64,000 bases of DNA from Eledone cirrhosa (taxonomy: Eukaryota): the NCBI GenBank assembly GCA_964016885.1, contig OZ024740.1:12896001-12960000 (forward strand). The letters are read 5' to 3'. The notes beneath the pieces were generated by a model. It saw only the letters and a program-made list of their open reading frames with translations. It made no database searches and was not told the DNA's origin. The number at the start of each line of letters is the position of its first letter. Position 1 is the stretch's first letter. Shown here in pieces: positions 39,601 to 51,200 of the stretch. A program made the position numbers and the translations under genes.

Positions 39601-41075
39601 AGTCTAATGTATCTAGACTAATGTCTTGTCTCTAGTCTAATGTCTTGTCTCTAGTCTAACGTCTCTAGTCTAATGTCTTGTCTCTAGTCTAATGTATCTA
39701 GTCTAATGTCTTGTCTCTTGTGTAATGTCTTATCTCTAGTCTAATGTCTCCAGTCTAATGGCTTGTCTCTAGTCTAATGTCTTGTCTCTAGTCTAATGTC
39801 TTGTCTCTAATCTAATGTCTCTAGTCTAATGTCTTGTCTCTAATCTAATTTCTCTAGTATAATGTCTCTAGTCTAATGTCTTGTATCTAGTCTAATGTCT
39901 TGTCTCTAGTCTAATGTCTCTAGTCTAATGTCTTGTCTCTCGTCTAATGTCTTGTCTCTAATCTAATGTCCCTAGGCTAATGTCTTGTTTCTAGTCTAAT
40001 GTCTCTAGTCCAATATTTTGTCTCTAGTCTAATGTCTTGTCTCTAGACTAATGTTTCTAGTCTAATGTCTCTAGTCCAATGTCTTGCCTCTAGTCTAATG
40101 TCGTGTCTCTAGTCTAATGTCGTGACTCTAGCCTAATGTCTTGTCTCTAGACTAATGTCTCTAGTCTAATGTCTTGTCTCTAGTGTAATGTCTTGTCTCT
40201 AGTCTAATGTCTTGTCCCTAGTCTAATGTCTTGTCCCTAGTCTCATGTCGTGTCTCTAGTCTAATGTCTCTAGTCTAATGTCTCTAGTCTAATGTCTTGT
40301 CCCTAGTCTAATGTCTTGTCCCTAGTCTAACGTCTTGTCTCTAGTCTAATGTACTGTCTCTAGTCTAATTTCTTGTCTCTAGTCTAATGTCTTGTCTCTA
40401 GTCTAATGTCTTGTCTCTAGTCTAATGTCTCTAGTCTAATGTCTCTAGTCTAATGTCTTGTCTCTAGTCTAATGTCGTGTCTCTAGTCTCATGTCTTGTC
40501 TCTAGTCTAACGTCTTGTCTCTAGTCTAATATCTCTAGTCTAATGTCTTGTCTCTAGTTTCATGTCTTGTCTCTAGTATAATGTCTTGTCTCTAGTCTAA
40601 TGTCTCTAGTTTAATGTCTTGTCTCTAGTCTAATGTCTCTAGTCTAATGTCTTGTCTCTAGTCTAATGTCTTGTCTCTAGTCTATTGTCTCTAGTCTAAT
40701 GTCTCTAGTTTAATGTCTTGTCTCTAGTCTAATGTCTCTAGTCTAATGTCTTGTCTCTAGTCTCATGTCTTGTCTCTAGTCTAACGTCTTGTCTCTAGTC
40801 TAATATCTCTAGTCTAATGTCTTGTCTCTAGTTTCATGTCTTGTCTCTAGTATAATGTCTTGTCTCTAGTCTAATGTCTCTAGTCTAATGTCTTGTCTCT
40901 AGTCTAATGTCTTGTCTCTAGTCTAATGTCTCTAGTCTAATGTCTTGTCTCTAGTCTAATGTCGTGTCTCTAGTCTCATGTCTTGTCTCTAGTCTAACGT
41001 CTTGTCTCTAGTCTAATATCTCTAGTCTAATGTCTTGTCTCTAGTTTCATGTCTTGTCTCTAGTATAATGTCTTG
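36671..41075. repeat. Tandem duplication of 2198 bp
   Basis: Offset 2198 for GTATCTAGTCTAAAG 36679/38877, AATACCCC 36742/38940, AAACTGATG 37238/39436 and the terminal TAGTATAATG 38863/41061. Confidence 0.9.
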
Positions 41076-44000
41076 TCTCTAGTCTAATGTCCCTAGTTTA
41101 ATGTCTTGTCTCTAGTCTAATGTCTCTAGTCTAATGTCTTGTCTCTAGTCTAATATCTTGTCTCTAGTCTAATATCTTGTCTCTAGTCTAACGTCTTGTC
41201 TCTAGTCTAATGTCTCTAGTCTAATGTCTCTAGTCTAATATCTCTAGTCTAATGTCTTGTGTCTAGTCTAATGTCTGTAGTCTAATGTCTTGTATCTAGT
41301 CTAAAGTCTTGTCTCTAGTCTAATGTCTCTAGTCTAATGTCTTGTCTCTAATCTAATACCCCTAGTCTAATATCTTGTCTCTAGTCTAATGTCTCTAGTC
41401 TAATGTATTGTCTCTAGTCTAATATCTTGTCTCTAGTCTAATGTCTTGTCTCTAGTCTAATGTCTTGTCTCTAGTCTAATGTCTTGTCTCTAGTCTAATG
41501 TCAGTAGTCTAATGTCTTGTTTCTAGTCTAATGTCTTGTCTCTAGTCTAATGTCTTGTCTCTAATCTAATGTCTCTAGTCTAATGTCTTGTTTCTAGTGC
41601 AATGTCTCTAGTCTAATGTCTTGTCTCTAGTCTAATGTCTTGTCTCTAGTCTAATGTCTTGTCTCTAGTCTAATGTCTTGTCTCTATTCTAATATCCCTG
41701 GTCTAATGTGTTGTCTCTAATCTAATGTCTCTAGACTAATGTCTTGTTTCTAGTCTAATGTCTCTAGTCTAATGTCTCTAGTCTAATGTCTTGTCTCTAG
41801 TATAATGTCTTGTCTCTAGTCTAATGTCTCTAGTCTAATGTCTTGTCTCTAGTCTAATGTCTTGTCTCTAAACTAATGTCTCTAGTCTAATGTATCTAGA
41901 CTAATGTCTTGTCTCTAGTCTAATGTCTATAGTCTAATGTCTCTAGTCTAATGTCTTTTCTCTAGTCTAACGTCTTGTCTCTAATCTAATGTCTCTAGTC
42001 TAATGTCTCTAGTCTAATGTCTTGTCTCTAGTTTAATGTATCTAGACTAATGTCTTGTCTCTAGTCTAATGTCTTGTCTCTAGTCTACCGTCTCTAGTCT
42101 AATGTCTTGTCTCTAGTCTAATGTATCTAGTCTAATGTCTTGTCTCTTGTGTAATGTCTTATCTCTAGTCTAATGTCTCCAGTCTAATGGCTTCTCTCTA
42201 GTCTAATGTCTTGTCTCTAATCTAATGTCTCTAGTCTAATGTCTTGTCTCTAATCTAATTTCTCTAGCATAATGTGTCTAGTCTAATGTCTTGTATCTAG
42301 TCTAATGTCTTGTCTCTAGTCTAATGTCTCTAGTCTAATGTCTTGTGTCTAGTCTAATGTCTTGTCTCTAATCTAATGTCCCTAGGCTAATGTCTTGTTT
42401 CTAGTCTAATGTCTCTAGTCTAATATTTCGTCTCTAGTCTAATGTCTTGTCTCTAGTCTAATGTTTCTAGTCTAATGTCTCTAGTCTAATGTCTTGTCTC
42501 TAATCTAATGTCTCTAGTCTAATGTCTTGTCTCTAGTCTAATGTCTTGTCTCTAGCCTAATGTCTTGTCTCTAGTCTAATGTCTCTAGTCTAATGTTTCT
42601 TGTCTAATGTCTTGTCTCTAGTCTAATGTCACTAGTCTAATGTCTCTAGTCTATTGTCTCCAGTCTAATGTCTCTAGTCTAATGTCTTGTCTCTAGTCTA
42701 ATGTCTCTAGCCTAATGTCTTGTCTCTAGTCTAATGTCTTGTCCCTAGTCTCATGTCTTGTCTCTAGTCTAATGTCTCTAGTCTAATGTCTTGTCTCTAG
42801 TCTAATGTCTTGTCTCTAGTCTAATGTCGTGTCTCTAGTCTCATGTCTTGTCTCTAGTCTAACGTCTTGTCTCTAGTCTAATATCTCTAGTCTAATGTCT
42901 TGTCTCTAGTTTCATGTCTTGTCTCTAGTATAATGTCTTGTCTCTAGTCGAATGTCTCTAGTTTAATGTCTTGTCTCTAGTCTAATGTCTCTAGTCTAAT
43001 GTCTTGTCTCTAGTCTAATGTCTTGTCTCTAGTCTATTGTCTCTAGTCGAATGTATTGTCTCTAGTCTAATATCTTGTCTCTAGTCTAATATCTTGTCTC
43101 TAGTCTAACGTCTTGTCTCTAGTCTAATGTCTCTAGTCTAATGTCTCTAGTCTAATATCTCTAGTCTATTGTCTTGTGTCTAGTCTAATGTCTGTAGTCT
43201 AATGTCTTGTATCTAGTCTAAAGTCTTGTCTCTAGTCTAATGTCTCTAGTCTAATGTCTTGTCTCTAATCTAATACCCCTAGTCTAATATCTTGTCTCTA
43301 GTCTAATGTCTCTAGTCTAATGTCTTGTCTCTAGTCTAATATCTTGTCTCTAGTCTAATGTCTTGTCTCTAGTCTAATGTCTTGTCTCTAGTCTAATGTC
43401 TTGTCTCTAGTCTAATGTCAGTAGTCTAATGTCTTGTCTCTAGTCTAATGTCTTGTCTCTAGTCTAATGTCTTGTTTCTAATCTAATGTCTCTAGTCTAA
43501 TGTCTTGTTTCTAGTGTAATGTCTCTAGTCTAATGTCTTGTCTCTAGTCTAATGTCTTGTCTCTAGTCTAATGTCTTGTCTCTATTCTAATATCCCTGGT
43601 CTAATGTGTTGTCTCTAATCTAATGTCTCTAGACTAATGTCTTGTTTCTAGTCTAATGTCTCTAGTCTAATGTCTCTAGTCTAATGTCTTGTCTCTAGTA
43701 TAATGTCTTGTCTCTAGTAGAATGTCTCTAGTCTAATGTCTTGTCTCTAGTCTAATGTCTTGTCTCTAAACTAATGTCTCTAGTCTAATGTATCTAGACT
43801 AATGTCTTGTCTCTAGTCTAATGTCTCTAGTCTAATGTCTTTTCTCTAGTCTAACGTCTTGTCTCTAATCTAATGTCTCTAGTCTAATGTCTTGTCTCTA
43901 GACTAATGTCTCTAGTCTAATGTCTTGTCTCTAGTCTAATGTATCTAGACTAATGTCTTGTCTCTAGTCTAATGTCTTGTCTCTAGTCTAACGTCTCTAG

Positions 44001-47000
44001 TCTAATGTCTTGTCTCTAGTCTAATGTCTTGTCTCTAGTCTAATGTATCTAGTCTAATGCCTTGTCTCTTGTGTAATGTCTTATCTCTAGTCTAATGTCT
44101 CCAGTCTAATGGCTTGTCTCTAGTCTAATGTCTTGTCTCTAGTCTAATGTCTTGTCTCTAATCTAATGTCTCTAGTCTAATGTCTTGTCTCTAGTCTAAT
44201 GTCTTGTCTCTAGTCTATTGTCTCTAGTCGAATGTATTGTCTCTAGTCTAATATCTTGTCTCTAGTCTAATATCTTGTCTCTAGTCTAACGTCTTGTCTC
44301 TAGTCTAATGTCTCTAGTCTAATGTCTCTAGTCTAATATCTCTAGTCTAATGTCTTGTGTCTAGTCTAATGTATGTAGTCTAATGTCTTGTATCTAGTCT
44401 AAAGTCTTGTCTCTAGTCTAATGTCTCTATTCTAATGTCTTGTCTCTAATCTAATACCCCTAGTCTAATATCTTGTCTCTAGTCTAATGTCTCTAGTCTA
44501 ATGTCAGTAGTCTAATGTCTTGTCTCTAGTCTAATGTCTTGTCTCTAGTCTAATGTCTTGTCTCTAATCTAATGTCTCTAGTCTAATGTCTTCTTTCTAG
44601 TGTAATGTCTCTAGTCTAATGTCTTGTCTCTAGTCTAATGTCTTGTCTCTATTCTAATATCCCTGGTCTAATGTGTTGTCTCTAATCTAATGTCTCTAGA
44701 CTAATGTCTTGTTTCTAGTCTAATGTCTCTAGTCTAATGTCTCTAGTCTAATGTCTTGTCTCTAGTATAATGTCTTGTCTCTAGTCTAATGTCTCTAGTC
44801 TAATGTCTTGTCTCTAGTCTAATGTCTTGTCTCTAAACTAATGTCTCTAGTCTAATGTATCTAGACTAATGTCTTGTCTCTAGTCTAATGTCTCTAGTCT
44901 AATGTCTTTTCTCTAGTCTAACGTCTTGTCTCTAATCTAATGTCTCTAGTCTAATGTCTTGTCTCTAGTCTAATGTCTCTAGTCTAATGTCTTGTCTCTA
45001 GTCTAATGTATCTAGACTAATGTCTTGTCTCTAGTCTAATGTCTTGTCTCTAGTCTAACGTCTCTAGTCTAATGTCTTGTCTCTAGTCTAATGTATCTAG
45101 TCTAATGTCTTGTCTCTTGTGTAATGTCTTATCTCTAGTCTAATGTCTCCAGTCTAATGGCTTGTCTCTAGTCTAATGTCTTGTCTCTAGTCTAATGTCT
45201 TGTCTCTAATCTAATGTCTCTAGTCTAATGTCTTGTCTCTAATCTAATTTCTCTAGTATAATGTCTCTAGTCTAATGTCTTGTATCTAGTCTAATGTCTT
45301 GTCTCTAGTCTAATGTCTCTAGTCTAATGTCTTGTCTCTCGTCTAATGTCTTGTCTCTAATCTAATGTCCCTAGGCTAATGTCTTGTTTCTAGTCTAATG
45401 TCTCTAGTCTAATATTTTGTCTCTAGTCTAATGTCTTGTCTCTAGTCTAATGTTTCTAGTCTAATGTCTCTAGTCTAATGTCTTGTCTCTAATCTAATGT
45501 CTCTAGTCTAACGTCTTATCTCTAGTCGAATGTCTCTAGTCTAATGTCTTGTCTCTAGCCTAATGTCTTGTCTCTAGTCTAATGTCTCTAGTCTAATGTT
45601 TCTTGTCTAATGTCTTGTCTCTAGTCTAATGTCACTAGTCTAATGTCTCTAGTCTAATGTCTCCAGTCTAATGTCTCTAGTCTAATGTCTTGTCTCTAGT
45701 CTAATGTCTCTAGTGTAATGTCTTGTCTCTAGTCTAATGTCTTGTCCCTAGTGTCATGTCTTGTCTCTAGTCTAATGTCTCTAGTCTAATGTCTTGTCTC
45801 TAGTCTAATGTCTTGTCCCTAGTCTAATGTCTTGTCCCTAGTCTAATGTCTTGTCTCTAGTCTAATGTACTGTCTCTAGTCTAATTTCTTGTCTCTAGTC
45901 TAATGTCTTGTCTCTAGTCTAATGTCTTGTCTCTAGTCTAATGTCAGTAGTCTAATGTCTTGTCTCTAGTCTAATGTCTTGTCTCTAATCTAATGTCTCT
46001 AGTCTAATGTCTTGTTTCTAGTGTAATGTCTCTAGTCTAATGTCTTGTCTCTAGTCTAATGTCTTGTCTCTATTCTAATATCCCTGGTCGTCTAATGTGT
46101 TGTCTCTAATCTAATGTCTCTAGACTAATGTCTTGTTTCTAGTCTAATGTCTCTAGTCTAATGTCTCTAGTCTAATGTCTTGTCTCTAGTATAATGTCTT
46201 GTCTCTAGTCTAATGTCTCTAGTCTAATGTCTTGTCTCTAGTCTAATGTCTTGTCTCTAAACTAATGTCTCTAGTCTAATGTATCTAGACTAATGTCTTG
46301 TCTCTAGTCTAATGTCTCTAGTCTAATGTCTTTTCTCTAGTCTAACGTCTTGTTTCTAATCTAATGTCTCTAGTCTAATGTCTTGTCTCTAGTCTAATGT
46401 CTCTAGTCTAATGTCTTGTCTCTAGTTAAATGTATCTAGACTAATGTCTTGTCTCTAGTCTAATGTCTTGTCTCTAGTCTAATGTCTTGTCTCTAGACTA
46501 ATGTCTTGTCTCTAGTCTAATGTCTTGTCTCTAGACTAATGTCTTGTCTCTAGTCTAATGCCTTGAATCTAGTCTAATGTCTTGTCTCTAGTGTAATGTC
46601 TCTAGTCAAATGTCTTGTCTCTAGTCTAATGTCTTGTCCCTAGTCTAAAATCTCTAGTGTAATGTCTTGTCTTTAATCTAATGTCTTGTCTCTAGTTTAA
46701 TGTCTTGTCTCTAGTCTAATGTCTCTAGTCTAATGACTTGTCTCTAGTCCAATGTCTTGCCTCTAGTCTAATGTCGTGTCTCTAGTCTAATGTCGTGACT
46801 CTAGCCTAATGTCTTGTCTCTAGACTAATGTCTCTAGTCTAATGTCTTGTCTCTAGTCTAATGTCTTGTCTCTAGTCTAATGTCTTGTCCCTAGTCTAAT
46901 GTCTTGTCCCTAGTCTCATGTCTTGTCTCTAGTCTAATGTCTCTAGTCTAATGTCTCTAGTCTAATGTCTTGTCCCTAGTCTAATGTCTTGTCCCTAGTC

Positions 47001-48289
47001 TAACGTCTTGTCTCTAGTCTAATGTACTGTCTCTAGTCTAATTTCTTGTCTCTAGTCTAATGTCTTGTCTCTAGTCTAATGTCTTGTCTCTAGTCTAATG
47101 TCTCTAGTCTAATGTCTCTAGTCTAATGTCTTGTCTCTAGTCTAATGTCGTGTCTCTAGTCTCATGTCTTGTCTCTAGTCTAACGTCTTGTCTCTAGTCT
47201 AATATCTCTAGTCTAATGTCTTGTCTCTAGTTTCATGTCTTGTCTCTAGTATAATGTCTTGTCTCTAGTCTAATGTCTCTAGTTTAATGTCTTGTCTCTA
47301 GTCTAATGTCTCTAGTCTAATGTCTTGTCTCTAGTCTAATGTCTTGTCTCTAGTCTATTGTCTCTAGTCGAATGTATTGTCTCTAGTCTAATATCTTGTC
47401 TCTAGTCTAATATCTTGTCTCTAGTCTAACGTCTTGTCTCTAGTCTAATGTCTCTAGTCTAATGTCTCTAGTCTAATATCTCTAGTCTAATGTCTTGTGT
47501 CAAGTCTAATGTCTGTAGTCTAATGTCTTGTCTCTAATCTAATACCCCTAGTCTAATATCTTGTCTCTAGTCTAATGTTTCTAGTCTAATGTCTTGTCTC
47601 TAGTCTAATATCTTGTCTCTAGTCTAATGTCTTGTCTCTAGTCTAATGTCTTGTCTCTAGTCTAATGTCTTGTCTCTAATCTAATGTCTCTAGTCTAATG
47701 TCTTGTTTCTATTGTAATGTCTCTAGTCTAATGTCTTGTCTCTAGTCTAATGTCTTGTCTCTAGTCTAATGTCTTGTCTCTAGTCTAATGTCTTGTCTCT
47801 AGTCTAATGTCAGTAGTCTAATGTCTTGTCTCTAGTCTAATGTCTTGTCTCTAGTCTAATGTCTTGTCTCTAATCTAATGTCTCTAGTCTAATGTCTTGT
47901 TTCTAGTGTAATGTCTCTAGTCTAATGTCTTGTCTCTAGTCTAATGTCTTGTCTCTAGTCTAATGTCTTGTCTCTAGTCTAATGTCTTGTCTCTATTCTA
48001 ATATCCCTGGTCTAATGTGTTGTCTCTAATCTAATGTCTCTAGACTAATGTCTTGTTTCTAGTCTAATGTCTCTAGTCTAATGTCTCTAGTCTAATGTCT
48101 TGTCTCTAGTATAATGTCTTGTCTCTAGTCTAATGTCTCTAGTCTAATGTCTTGTCTCTAGTCTAATGTCTTGTCTCTAAACTAATGTCTCTAGTCTAAT
48201 GTATCTAGACTAATGTCTTGTCTCTAGTCTAATGTCTCTAGTCTAATGTCTTTTCTCTAGTCTAACGTCTTGTCTCTAATCTAATGTCT

Positions 48290-51200
48290 CTAGTCTAATG
48301 TCTTGTCTCTAGTCTAATGTCTTGTCCCTAGTCTAAAATCTCTAGTGTAATGTCTTGTCTTTAATCTAATGTCTTGTCTCTAGTTTAATGTCTTGTCTCT
48401 AGTCTAATGTCTCTAGTCTAATGACTTGTCTCTTGTCCAATGTCTTGCCTCTAGTCTAATGTCGTGTCTCTAGTCTAATGTCGTGACTCTAGCCTAATGT
48501 CTTGTCTCTAGACTAATGTCTCTAGTCTAATGTCTTGTCTCTAGTCTAATGTCTTGTCTCTAGTCTAATGTCTTGTCCCTAGTCTAATGTCTTGTCCCTA
48601 GTCTCATGTCTTGTCTCTAGTCTAATGTCTCTAGTCTAATGTCTCTAGTCTAATGTCTTGTCCCTAGTCTAATGTCTTGTCCCTAGTCTAACGTCTTGTC
48701 TCTAGTCTAATGTACTGTCTCTAGTCTAATTTCTTGTCTCTAGTCTAATGTCTTGTCTCTAGTCTAATGTCTTGTCTCTAGTCTAATGTCTCTAGTCTAA
48801 TGTCTCTAGTCTAATGTCTTGTCTCTAGTCTAATGTCGTGTCTCTAGTCTCATGTCTTGTCTCTAGTCTAACGTCTTGTCTCTAGTCTAATATCTCTAGT
48901 CTAATGTCTTGTCTCTAGTTTCATGTCTTGTCTCTAGTATAATGTCTTGTCTCTAGTCTAATGTCTCTAGTTTAATGTCTTGTCTCTAGTCTAATGTCTC
49001 TAGTCTAATGTCTTGTCTCTAGTCTAATGTCTTGTCTCTAGTCTATTGTCTCTAGTCGAATGTATTGTCTCTAGTCTAATATCTTGTCTCTAGTCTAATA
49101 TCTTGTCTCTAGTCTAACGTCTTGTCTCTAGTCTAATGTCTCTAGTCTAATATCTCTAGTCTAATGTCTTGTGTCAAGTCTAATGTCTGTAGTCTAATGT
49201 CTTGTATCTAGTCTAAAGTCTTGTCTCTAGTCTAATGTCTCTAGTCTAATGTCTTGTCTCTAATCTAATACTCCTAGTCTAATATCTTGTCTCTAGTCTA
49301 ATGTCTCTAGTCTAATGTCTTGTCTCTAGTCTAATATCTTGTCTCTAGTCTAATGTCTTGTCTCTAGTCTAATGTCTTGTCTCTAGTCTAATGTCTTGTC
49401 TCTAATCTAATATCTCTAGTCTAATGTCTTGTTTCTAGTGTAATGTCTCTAGTCTAATGTCTTGTCTCTAGTCTAATGTCTTGTCTCTAGTCTAATGTCA
49501 GTAGTCTAATGTCTTGTCTCTAGTCTAATGTCTTGTCTCTAGTCTAATGTCTTGTCTCTAATCTAATGTCTCTAGTCTAATGTCTTGTTTCTAGTGTAAT
49601 GTCTCTAGTCTAATGTCTTGTCTCTAGTCTAATGTCTTGTCTCTAGTCTAATGTCTTGTCTCTATTCTAATATCCCTGGTCTAATGTGTTGTCTCTAATC
49701 TAATGTCTCTAGTCTAATGTCTCTAGTCTAATGTCTTGTCTCTAGTATAATGTCTTGTCTCTAGTCTAATGTCTCTAGTCTAATGTCTTGTCTCTAGTCT
49801 AATGTCTTGTCTCTAAACTAATGTCTCTAGTCTAATGTATCTAGACTAATGTCTTGTCTCTAGTCTAATGTCTCTAGTCTTATGTCTTTTCTCTAGTCTA
49901 ACGTCTTGTCTCTAATCTAATGTCTCTAGTCTAATGTCTTGTCTCTAGTCTAATGTCTCTAGTCTAATGTCTTGTCTCTAGTCTAATGTCTTGTCTCTAG
50001 TCTAATGTCTTGTCTCTAGACTAATGTCTTGTCTCTAGTCTAATGTCTTGTCTCTAGTCTAATGTCTTGAATCTAGTCAAATGTCTTGTCTCTAGTCTAA
50101 TGTCTTGTCTCTAGTCTAATGTCTCTAGTCTAATGTCTTGTCTCTAGTCTAATGTCTTGTCCCTAGTCTAAAATCTCTAGTGTAATGTCTTATCTTTAAT
50201 CTAATGTCTTGTCTCTAGTTTAATGTCTTGTCTCTAGTCTAATGTCTCTAGTCTAATGACTTGTCTCTAGTCCAATGTCTTGCCTCTAGTCTAATGTCGT
50301 GTCTCTAGTCTAATGTCGTGACACTAACCTAATGTCTTGTCTCTAGACTAATGTCTCTAGTCTAATGTCTTGTCTCTAGTCTAATGTCTTGTCTCTAGTC
50401 TAATGTCTTGTCCCTAGTCTAATGTCTTGTCCCTAGTCTCATGTCTTGTCTCTAGTCTAATGTCTCTAGTCTAATTTCTCTAGTCTAATGTCTTGTCCCT
50501 AGTCTAATGTCTTGTCCCTAGTCTAACGTCTTGTCTCTAGTCTAATGTACTGTCTCTAGTCTAATTTCTTGTCTCTAGACTAATGTCTTGTCTCTAGTCT
50601 AATGTCTTGTCTCTAGTCTAATGTCTCTAGTCTAATGTCTCTAGTCTAATGTCTTGTCTCTAGTCTAATGTCGTGTCTCTAGTCTCATGTCTTGTCTCTA
50701 ATCTAACGTCTTGTCTCTAGTCTAATATCTCTAGTCTAATGTCTTGTCTCTAGTTTCATGTCTTGTCTCTAGTATAATGTCTTGTCTCTAGTCTAATGTC
50801 TCTAGTTTAATGTCTTGTCTCTAGTCTAATGTCTCTAGTCTAATGTCTTGTCTCTAGTCTAATGTCTTGTCTCTAGTCTATTGTCTCTAGTCGAATGTAT
50901 TGTCTCTAGTCTAATATCTTGTCTCTAGTCTAATATCTTGTCTCTAGTCTAACGTCTTGTCTCTAGTCTAATGTCTCTAGTCTAATGTCTCTAGTCTAAT
51001 ATCTCTAGTCTAATGTCTTGTGTCTAGTCTAATGTCTGTAGTCTAATGTCTTGTATCTAGTCTAAAGTCTTGTCTCTAGTCTAATGTCTCTAGTCTAATG
51101 TCTTGTCTCTAATCTAATACCCCTAGTCTAATATCTTGTCTCTAGTCTAATGTCTCTAGTCTAATGTCTTGTCTCTAGTCTAATATCTTGTCTCTAGTCT

